A stretch of DNA of 43,775 bases from a virus. Taxonomy: Duplodnaviria > Heunggongvirae > Uroviricota > Caudoviricetes. Within the stretch, counting starts at the first letter, position 1. Each line of letters opens with the position of its first letter. A program made the translations under genes and the position numbers. Of this stretch, positions 16,489 through 24,452 are shown piece after piece. The stretch lies in IMG/VR virus record IMGVR_UViG_3300022305_001387, positions 64,001 to 107,775 of that record; one strand, given 5' to 3'. Below the pieces are notes generated by a model, which was not told where the DNA came from, did not search any database, and saw only the letters and a list, made by a program, of their open reading frames with translations.

Positions 16489-17533
16489 TATAATACTGTT
16501 AACTGAATTAATGAGAGAAATCTCGTTTGAAAAAGGACATGCTGCGTCTGATAGTTTATATGACATGTCAAATTCAGCTCTAGCTAATATAGATATAGAT
16601 ACAGATTTAGATAAGGGAACAACAGATGATGAAGGTGATTATCAAGAGCTATCAACTAATCACAAAGTATTTGTAAAATCATTAGCAAAAAAAACAACAG
16701 CTATTGCGCAATCAGGAGGATATACGTTATTGTTAAAAAATGGTGCTAAATCTGAATTTGAATATTTTTTAGTAAATAAATCAGCAAAAAAAATAGGAGA
16801 ATTTTTTGTAGCGTCTATGAGAACTGATATAACCACTTATCGTAGATATAATCTACAAAAAGCTTTTGATGTAGTAGTAGAAACAGTACATTGGTCAAAT
16901 TTAGCGAGCGAATTAAGAGGTCAAGGCATTGGAAAACTATTATACACATTAGTATATGATTATGTGAAAAGCAAAGGTAGAGCATTTGGAAGCGATTATA
17001 TGTTATTTGAAGGATCAGCAGGAATGTGGATGACATATATGCCAAAATTAGCTCCCTATTTTGGAATAGTATTGGATGGAGTAATATTACCAGTATCAAA
17101 AGAAGAGTTAACTATAAAAAATAAACCCATCTTTGATATGTTTGGACTTGATGGTTTTATAGCTATGGAAAATCCTCCAAAATTAGTAAGAAAAATCATG
17201 CATAATGTACAAGGCCTTTCATATATAGGCGGAGAATATGGAGTTGCAAAATCTTACGCCAGCATTAACGATATAATTGAAGTAGATATACCGAGAGAGA
17301 GAGACTTTAAACCTGGAATGAAAGATCCCAAACCAAGAAAGGTGAGGTTTATAGATTACGTAAGCGAATTCAAAACAATAAAAGATCTTCTTAAATCAGA
17401 AGTTGAAAATATAGTTGACGAAATTGATACTGCTAAAAAGAAAAAAAATATAAAAGCACTAATATTTGCATTTGCTGATGCAATGGTAGTTGTAAAACAA
17501 ACTCCAAATGGATTAGTTTCAGTAGTAATATAA
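16475..17533 (+). CDS. Protein with central GNAT-like acetyltransferase motif
   Basis: SELRGQGIGKLLYTLV (R/Q-x-x-G-x-G acetyl-CoA loop), then FGSD...SAGMW. Confidence 0.6.
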   Translation: MKKTNIILLTELMREISFEKGHAASDSLYDMSNSALANIDIDTDLDKGTTDDEGDYQELSTNHKVFVKSLAKKTTAIAQSGGYTLLLKNGAKSEFEYFLVNKSAKKIGEFFVASMRTDITTYRRYNLQKAFDVVVETVHWSNLASELRGQGIGKLLYTLVYDYVKSKGRAFGSDYMLFEGSAGMWMTYMPKLAPYFGIVLDGVILPVSKEELTIKNKPIFDMFGLDGFIAMENPPKLVRKIMHNVQGLSYIGGEYGVAKSYASINDIIEVDIPRERDFKPGMKDPKPRKVRFIDYVSEFKTIKDLLKSEVENIVDEIDTAKKKKNIKALIFAFADAMVVVKQTPNGLVSVVI

Positions 17534-17536
17534 TCT

Positions 17537-17872
17537 ATGAAAAAAAACATATTATATATTATTCTAGCTATTATCGCGGTATACTTTCTTGTATGGATAT
17601 TTACACCAAAATTTGAAATGCCAATTGAGTATAAAAATCTTATAGATTCTCTATCTAAACAAAATGATCAATTACAGAGGCAACAAAAATTAATAGATAG
17701 TGCGATCAATTTATATAGTAATAAAGTAGATTCAATAGATAATAAAATTGATAGTATTAAAGAAAAAACTATTATCATTAAAAAGTATTATCATGAAATA
17801 AGTGCTAAAGTAGATACGTTTCAAACATCACAATTAGATTCATTTTTTAACGCAAGGTATCCAAAACCATGA
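17537..17872 (+). CDS. Membrane-anchored coiled-coil protein (i-spanin-like?)
   Basis: N-terminal TM helix ILYIILAIIAVYFLVWIF followed by heptad coiled coil. Confidence 0.55.
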   Translation: MKKNILYIILAIIAVYFLVWIFTPKFEMPIEYKNLIDSLSKQNDQLQRQQKLIDSAINLYSNKVDSIDNKIDSIKEKTIIIKKYYHEISAKVDTFQTSQLDSFFNARYPKP

Positions 17873-18261
17873 AATATCTATTAATTATATTAATATCACT
17901 ATTACCGCTAGCAACAAAATCTCAAGATACCGCTATTAAAATGTCTATCGCAACTGCTAGAAAGGTCGCTAAAGATTTAATAGCGTGCGATAGCGTTAAA
18001 GCCATATTTGAATTGACTAAAGATCAACTTAAATTAACAGAAAACAAAGTTGAAATCAAAGATAGCATTATACAATCGTATAAAGTAAAGTGTTCTATAT
18101 ATGATACAATAGTATCAAACGAAAAAAAGAAATTTGATGAACAAAATAAGTGGATTCAACAAATTTCAAAAGATAATAAAACTCTCAAAGTTAAATTAAC
18201 ATATACTAAAATATCAATGGGAGCTATTATATTGTTTTTAGGATATTTACTTGCTAAGTAA
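17869..18261 (+). CDS. Secreted coiled-coil protein with C-terminal hydrophobic anchor (spanin-partner-like?)
   Basis: Signal peptide MKYLLIILISLLPLATKS|Q; C-terminus ISMGAIILFLGYLLAK; 4-nt overlap with the previous gene. Confidence 0.55.
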   Translation: MKYLLIILISLLPLATKSQDTAIKMSIATARKVAKDLIACDSVKAIFELTKDQLKLTENKVEIKDSIIQSYKVKCSIYDTIVSNEKKKFDEQNKWIQQISKDNKTLKVKLTYTKISMGAIILFLGYLLAK

Positions 18262-18312
18262 TTTAGTTTTATCACTAAATAGTTATTTGATCTTAATAAC
18301 TGTATAAAATAT

Positions 18313-18320
18313 ATATTTAT
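18313..18320 (+). promoter_or_regulatory. ATATTTAT motif upstream of terminase
   Basis: 15 nt before TTG 18336; lies inside the inverted repeat 18301-18323. Confidence 0.55.
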
Positions 18321-18335
18321 ACAATAAAGCTAGCA

Positions 18336-19934
18336 TTGTCTGAACAAAATACGATAAGAGAAAAAATAAAGGAAGAGTTTGTAAAATGCTCTCAAGATCC
18401 TGTACACTTCATGAAGAAGTATTACATGATCCAACACCCTCAAAGAGGCAGACAATTATTCGATCTATATCCATTCCAAGAAAAAGTTCTAAAGCTTTTC
18501 CAAAAATATCCAGACAGCATCATCAATAAATCTAGGCAGTTAGGTATCTCAACGCTAGTATCGGCTTATTCTTTATGGTTAATGATTTTTAATAAAGATA
18601 AGAACGTACTCGTTATTGCAACTAAACAAGATACTGCAAAGAACATGGTAACTAAAGTACGATTTGCTTATGATAATTTACCAGTGTGGCTAAAGATTGG
18701 AGCTAATGCAACAGAGAATAACAGATTAAGTTTACGATTAACTAATGGATCTCAAATAAAAGCAGTATCAGCAGCAGGTGATGCTGGTCGTTCTGAAGCA
18801 GTATCACTGCTCGTGATTGACGAGGCCGCATTTATCGATAATATTGAAACTATATATACAGCGGCTAAAATGACTTTGGCCACCGGTGGTGGATGTGTAG
18901 CGTTATCAACACCTAATGGTGTAGGTAATTGGTTTCATAAAACATATACTGCAGCACAAAAACAAGATAATAATTTCATACCAATATCATTACCTTGGAC
19001 CGTACATCCTGAAAGAGATCAAACATGGAGAGATCAACAAGATGTAGATTTAGGAAAAAGAAATGCATCGCAAGAATGTGATTGCGACTTTTTAAGCTCA
19101 GGTAATACTGTTATAGATCCAGAAGTTTTAACTTGGTACGAACAAAATTTGATACAAGAACCTATTGAAAAAAGAGGCATTGATAAATCATATTGGATAT
19201 GGGAATATCCTGATCCAATGAAATATTACGCTGTAATAGCTGACGTTGCTCGAGGAGATGGATCAGATTTTTCTGCTTTTCATGTAATAGATATAGATAA
19301 TTTAGTTCAAGTTGCAGAATTTCAATCTCAATTAGGAACTAGAGAATATGCTAATACATTAGTAGCAGCTGCTATGGAATATAATCAGGCCATGCTTGTT
19401 GTAGAAAATAATAATATTGGATGGGACGTTGTTCAATCTATAGTAGAAAGCGGATATGCTAATATGTATTATAGTCTGAAGACAGAAGGAAATTCTGACT
19501 TTGTTACTTATATAAACAAATATCAAAGATCAGATGGATTAGTTCCAGGTTTTTCTATGAATCAAAGAACTAGACCATTAGCGATAGAGAGAATGAGGGA
19601 TTGTATAGAAAATAAAGTTGTAATAATAAGGTCTCGTAGATTGTTAGAAGAGTTTAGGGTTTTTATATGGAAGAACAATAAACAACAAGCGATGAACGGC
19701 TATAACGATGATTTGGTTTTGTCTTTTTCTATGGGAATGTATCTAAGAGAAACCTCTTTGAGATATAGAAAGACAGCAGAAAGCCTAACATATAGCGCTT
19801 TAAATGCATATTCAAAAGTTACAGGAGAAAATGTATTATATAATGCAAATAGCTATGTGAATCAAAATCCATGGTCTATGAAAATAAGTAATTCTCAAGG
19901 TCAAGATAATGAAGACTTGAGTTGGTTAATATAA
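18336..19934 (+). CDS. terL: Terminase large subunit (T4 gp17-like), TTG start
   Basis: KSRQLGIST Walker A, LLVIDEAAF Walker B, LSTPNG, ADVARGDGSDFS and NDDLVLS nuclease motifs. Confidence 0.96.
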   Translation: MSEQNTIREKIKEEFVKCSQDPVHFMKKYYMIQHPQRGRQLFDLYPFQEKVLKLFQKYPDSIINKSRQLGISTLVSAYSLWLMIFNKDKNVLVIATKQDTAKNMVTKVRFAYDNLPVWLKIGANATENNRLSLRLTNGSQIKAVSAAGDAGRSEAVSLLVIDEAAFIDNIETIYTAAKMTLATGGGCVALSTPNGVGNWFHKTYTAAQKQDNNFIPISLPWTVHPERDQTWRDQQDVDLGKRNASQECDCDFLSSGNTVIDPEVLTWYEQNLIQEPIEKRGIDKSYWIWEYPDPMKYYAVIADVARGDGSDFSAFHVIDIDNLVQVAEFQSQLGTREYANTLVAAAMEYNQAMLVVENNNIGWDVVQSIVESGYANMYYSLKTEGNSDFVTYINKYQRSDGLVPGFSMNQRTRPLAIERMRDCIENKVVIIRSRRLLEEFRVFIWKNNKQQAMNGYNDDLVLSFSMGMYLRETSLRYRKTAESLTYSALNAYSKVTGENVLYNANSYVNQNPWSMKISNSQGQDNEDLSWLI

Positions 19935-19943
19935 AATAAAATT

Positions 19944-21848
19944 ATGGAAGAACAAAAAAAACAAAATAATCTGTTTTCAACATTAAGAAGGTTATTTTCA
20001 ACAGACGTTATCATTAGAAATAATGGCGAAGGCTCATTAAAAGTAATAGATGTTGACAGAATACAGACTAATGGTGTAATACAAACAAATGCATTGGTAG
20101 ATAGATTCCACAAAATCTACACAACCTCTACAGCGTATGGAGTAAACCTAAACTTAGCGCAAAACTATCAATCAGCAAGAATTCAAATATATGCAGATTA
20201 CGATGCGATGGATACTGATGCTATTGTGGCATCGGCTTTAGATATTATCGCAGATGAATGTACACTTAAGAATGAAGCCGGCGAAGTATTACAGATTAGA
20301 TCATCAGATGAAAATATACAAAAACTTCTATACAATTTATTTTATTCAGTTTTAAATATAGAATTTACTCTATGGTCTTGGATAAGAAATATGTGTAAGT
20401 ATGGAGATTTCTATTTAAAAATGGAAATTGCTGAAAAATATGGAGTATACAACGTTATACCGTTTTCTGCTTACAATATAATAAGACAAGAAGGATATAA
20501 TATAGAAAATCCTAATGAAGTAAGATTCAAATATGATCCACTTGGAGCGCTAGGTACAACATCAGGTTTCTCCTCAGCTTACAATAATGAAGATCCAGGA
20601 GTTTACTTTGATAACTTTGAAATGGCTCACTTTAGGTTAACTGGAGATGTAAATTACTTACCTTATGGAAGATCTTATTTAGAACCAGGAAGAAAATTAT
20701 TTAAGCAATATACGCTTATAGAAGATGCGATGTTAATTCATCGTATTACAAGAGCCCCAGAACGTAGAACTTTTTATGTAAATGTTGGTGCTATTCCTCC
20801 AAACGAAGTAGAAAACTACATGCAAAGGATGATTAATAAGATGAAGAAGACTCCTCTGATAGATCCTGCAACTGGTCAATATAATTTAAAGTATAATCAA
20901 CAAAATCTTTTAGAAGATTTCTTCATACCAGTTCGTGGTAATGATAATACTACAAGAATTGATACTGCAAAAGGCCTTGAATACAATGCTATTGATGACG
21001 TAACATATTTTAGAGAGAAATTATTTGCTGCTTTAAAGATACCAAAAGCTTTCATGGGATATGAAAAAGATTTGACTGGTAAAGCTACTTTAGCGGCTGA
21101 AGATATTCGTTTTGCGAGAACAGTTGAGAGAATACAAAGAATAATAGTGTCAGAATTAACTAAAGTCGCTTTAATTCATTTATATGCTCATGGATATACT
21201 AATGAATCAGCTGCTAATTTCACGCTATCGTTAACAAACCCTTCTATAATATATGAACAAGAGAGAATAGCTCTATTTAAAGAAAAAGTAGAATTAGCAA
21301 AAAGTGCAATGGAAGGTAATCTACTTCCAAAAGATTACATTTATGATAAAATATTCCAATTCTCTGAAGATCAATACGCAGAATTAGAAGATATGATCGT
21401 AGAAGATAAGAAAAAAGGCTTCAGACTAAAACAAATTGAAGAAGAAGGTAATGATCCAGCTGAAACCCAACAAGTGTTTGGCACTCCTCATCAATTAGCT
21501 AGTCTATATGGAGGAAAAATGGACGGTTCAGTAGATGTGCCAAAAAATTATGATGAAGAAAGCCAAGAAGGACCAGGCAGACCTAAAAAATACCAATCAA
21601 AAATAGGTACAGACGCTTCTGCTTTTGGTAGAGATCCTCTTGGAAAACATGATATGAAAAAGAAAGACGATCAAGGCGAAAATGACAAATTAAAAGTTCA
21701 ATATAAAGGATCTTACATCAATTATGAAAGCACTATGGGAGAATATGCGAAGAATAAAAAAATGTTAGATAAGCTTGGCAGAAAAACAAAATTATTTGAC
21801 GGACCTAATTTATTAAGCGAAGATAATATAAAAACAGATTTACCGTAA
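19944..21848 (+). CDS. Portal protein (T4 gp20-like)
   Basis: SALDIIADE, YGRSYLE, EDAMLIHRITRAPERRTFYVNVG, LLEDFFIPVRG, FREKLFAALKIPK. Confidence 0.96.
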   Translation: MEEQKKQNNLFSTLRRLFSTDVIIRNNGEGSLKVIDVDRIQTNGVIQTNALVDRFHKIYTTSTAYGVNLNLAQNYQSARIQIYADYDAMDTDAIVASALDIIADECTLKNEAGEVLQIRSSDENIQKLLYNLFYSVLNIEFTLWSWIRNMCKYGDFYLKMEIAEKYGVYNVIPFSAYNIIRQEGYNIENPNEVRFKYDPLGALGTTSGFSSAYNNEDPGVYFDNFEMAHFRLTGDVNYLPYGRSYLEPGRKLFKQYTLIEDAMLIHRITRAPERRTFYVNVGAIPPNEVENYMQRMINKMKKTPLIDPATGQYNLKYNQQNLLEDFFIPVRGNDNTTRIDTAKGLEYNAIDDVTYFREKLFAALKIPKAFMGYEKDLTGKATLAAEDIRFARTVERIQRIIVSELTKVALIHLYAHGYTNESAANFTLSLTNPSIIYEQERIALFKEKVELAKSAMEGNLLPKDYIYDKIFQFSEDQYAELEDMIVEDKKKGFRLKQIEEEGNDPAETQQVFGTPHQLASLYGGKMDGSVDVPKNYDEESQEGPGRPKKYQSKIGTDASAFGRDPLGKHDMKKKDDQGENDKLKVQYKGSYINYESTMGEYAKNKKMLDKLGRKTKLFDGPNLLSEDNIKTDLP

Positions 21849-21854
21849 TTATTT

Positions 21855-21862
21855 ATATTTAT
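21855..21862 (+). promoter_or_regulatory. ATATTTAT motif
   Basis: 20 nt before ATG 21883; an overlapping TATTTAT copy lies just upstream. Confidence 0.55.
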
Positions 21863-21882
21863 TAATAGTATAAAATTCATAC

Positions 21883-22734
21883 ATGGCAATAAAGCATTCA
21901 AAGTACCGAAATACAGGGATATTATTTGAACTTCTTGTAAGACAGACAACATCAGATCTACTTAGCAATAAAGAATCAGTATCTGTCAAAATTCTAAAAA
22001 AATACTTTACAAATAGCGAATTAGGGAAAGAGTACAGCCTTTATAATACTCTCGTATCTAATAAAAATCTAAGTGAATCAAAAGCAGAGATACTTATTTC
22101 TACTTTGGTAGAACAATATAAAAAATTAGATATACAAAAATTAGATAAACTTAAATATAATTTAATTAAAGAGATCAAAAAGAATTATGATATAGAAGAT
22201 TTTTTCAAAGCAAAAATAGGTAATTATAAAAACTACGCTTGTCTATATACAATACTTGAATCCCAAAATAAAAAATCTATAGACACAAAACAAGTATTGT
22301 TAAATAAAATTTCTATATTTGAATCATTGACAGAGCAAAATATAAGAGATAAAAGAGCTCCTCAATCAATAATGGAAGATTTCATGAAAGAGGACAAAGA
22401 TGTTAGACTTCTTGCTTATAAAATTTTAGTAGAAAAGTTTAATGAAAAGTATGAGACCTTAAGCGAGATTCAAAAATTAATTCTAACAAAATACGTAAAT
22501 AGCATATCTGATACGAAATCATTAACTACATTTTTAAATGAGAGAATAGAAGATATTACTCATAAATTAAATGGTTTAAAAAAATCCACATCAGACCAAG
22601 TCCTTAAAATAAAATTACAAGAGGTTGTTAAGCTAGTAAAACCATTAGATGCTAATAAGTCTATCAAAGATGAAACAGTTATTGGAATTTTACAATGCTA
22701 TGATTTAATTTCAGAAATAGAAAATACAATTTAA
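21883..22734 (+). CDS. Helical head-assembly-associated hypothetical protein
   Basis: MAIKHSKYRNTGILFELL; located between portal and protease; own ATATTTAT motif. Confidence 0.6.
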   Translation: MAIKHSKYRNTGILFELLVRQTTSDLLSNKESVSVKILKKYFTNSELGKEYSLYNTLVSNKNLSESKAEILISTLVEQYKKLDIQKLDKLKYNLIKEIKKNYDIEDFFKAKIGNYKNYACLYTILESQNKKSIDTKQVLLNKISIFESLTEQNIRDKRAPQSIMEDFMKEDKDVRLLAYKILVEKFNEKYETLSEIQKLILTKYVNSISDTKSLTTFLNERIEDITHKLNGLKKSTSDQVLKIKLQEVVKLVKPLDANKSIKDETVIGILQCYDLISEIENTI

Positions 22735-24314
22735 TGAAAAAAAAGGACATAAATATACAATCTTTTTTTAAGAAACTTACAGAAGAGATAGATGAGTCGT
22801 ACAATAAAAAAGTTGTATTTTCAATAGACGATGAAGATGTAGATGCTTTATTTTCAAAATACTTTGAAGGAGATGTTGAGTACATATATGATGGACCTGA
22901 TGCATATTATGTAATATCCCAAAACGATCTTGATGCATTTGTAGACTACGTAGAAAGTAGAGGATCAAACGCTGATTCAATTCAGATTCAACAATATTTT
23001 AATGAGAATATGACTGGAGGTGGTGAAGCATATTTGCCAGCTATGAATGTGCCTTCAAAAAAACAAAATCCATTTAAAGAATCATCTGAACTTTATGAAA
23101 GCATTGTATCTGGATATGAGCAAGTAAAAGGATTTAGAGCTGGACACACAAAAGATACTGGAGGATTTCAATATAAAGATCTTTGGGGAGTAAATGAAGT
23201 TCAAACAGTCAATTTAAAAAAATCTAAATTATCTTCTAAAGAATATCAAGACGCTAAAAAATTAAAAGATTTTAAAGCTAAAGATTGGAAATGGGATGCT
23301 AAACAAGATCTTTATATAAAATCTTTAAATGAATCAGTCGATGATTTAGAACAAATAAAGCAAAAAGTTATTTCTTGGTCTAGACAGAATCGTAATGAGA
23401 AACAAAGCGCTCAAGCAATCCAATGGTTTAAAGAATTTGAAGACGCTGTAATGAATGCTATTTCAAAACAAGAAGTTAGAGATGCAGTACTTGACGTATA
23501 TTATGCTGATTCTGGTATTTTTAATAAGCTTGGTTTGATGGATCTAGATTATGATGATTCAGAAAAATCAACAGATCCACTCATGAAAAAATCTACTTCA
23601 AATGAAGAAGAGTCGCAAAGAGTACAAGGATTATTAGATAGAGCTAATCAAGAGAAATCCTATTCAGTAATGAGTTCTTACGAAGATAGATTAAAGAAAT
23701 TAAAATTTTTAGTTGCGTTAGAGAAAAAAATAAACGATAAACTTCCATTGCTAAATTTTAGTGATCAGTGGGCAGAATATGCAAAAAATAAATTAGCATG
23801 GAGCGGAAATCCTAATAAATTTTCAGACATAGCAGCTCATGTTCAAGGACTTATGGAACCTCCACATAAGGCTAAGATGGAAACCTTGAATGAAATGAAT
23901 CAAATTGTAGATGAGGTATTTACTCCTCAAGATTATACAAAAGTTTTACAAGTTATAGATAAAATAAAATATACAAACACTAGATTATACAATTCAATAA
24001 TGGATTTGGTTGATGACATATATCCGCACAAATACGGTGAAGTGGAAAAATTAATGTCAATGAATGAAAATTACGCTCGTTTTAGAAACGAAACCAAAAC
24101 ACGTACAAAGCCAGAACAATTCCATGAAGCAGTTAAATCTGTTAAACGTAGAGTGCAAGAGATTAATAAGCTTTATGAATATATGGAAAGATTACAAATG
24201 GAATTAAGTGAGAGTTCTGATGGATTAAAATATAAAAAATATACAGAAAACGCAATTATAAAAATAAAAGAAGCAGTCAAAGCACTGCACATAAAAACAA
24301 AGAAATTAAAATAA
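22734..24314 (+). CDS. Modular prohead core/internal protein
   Basis: Short modules separated by repeated (L/F/V/M)-x-E sites: LTEE, FNE, FKE, LYE, VNE, LNE, LNE, MNE. Confidence 0.5.
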   Translation: MKKKDINIQSFFKKLTEEIDESYNKKVVFSIDDEDVDALFSKYFEGDVEYIYDGPDAYYVISQNDLDAFVDYVESRGSNADSIQIQQYFNENMTGGGEAYLPAMNVPSKKQNPFKESSELYESIVSGYEQVKGFRAGHTKDTGGFQYKDLWGVNEVQTVNLKKSKLSSKEYQDAKKLKDFKAKDWKWDAKQDLYIKSLNESVDDLEQIKQKVISWSRQNRNEKQSAQAIQWFKEFEDAVMNAISKQEVRDAVLDVYYADSGIFNKLGLMDLDYDDSEKSTDPLMKKSTSNEEESQRVQGLLDRANQEKSYSVMSSYEDRLKKLKFLVALEKKINDKLPLLNFSDQWAEYAKNKLAWSGNPNKFSDIAAHVQGLMEPPHKAKMETLNEMNQIVDEVFTPQDYTKVLQVIDKIKYTNTRLYNSIMDLVDDIYPHKYGEVEKLMSMNENYARFRNETKTRTKPEQFHEAVKSVKRRVQEINKLYEYMERLQMELSESSDGLKYKKYTENAIIKIKEAVKALHIKTKKLK

Positions 24315-24315
24315 A

Positions 24316-24438
24316 ATGGCAAAATCAGTTTCGAGCTCAAGTAAACTTAGTTTCGGCAAAAGAAAAAAAGGAAACGCAAAAAAATCTTATAACAAACACA
24401 ATCCAAGACCGAAAAAATATGTCGGACAAGGTAGATAA
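24316..24438 (+). CDS. 40-aa highly basic protein (not in ORF track)
   Basis: MAKSVSSSSKLSFGKRKKGNAKKSYNKHNPRPKKYVGQGR*. Fills the gap exactly: ATG 1 nt after the upstream stop, TAA 2 nt before the next ATATTTAT. Confidence 0.75.
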   Translation: MAKSVSSSSKLSFGKRKKGNAKKSYNKHNPRPKKYVGQGR

Positions 24439-24440
24439 AG

Positions 24441-24448
24441 ATATTTAT
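24441..24448 (+). promoter_or_regulatory. ATATTTAT motif
   Basis: 4 nt before ATG 24453. Confidence 0.55.
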
Positions 24449-24452
24449 TAGT

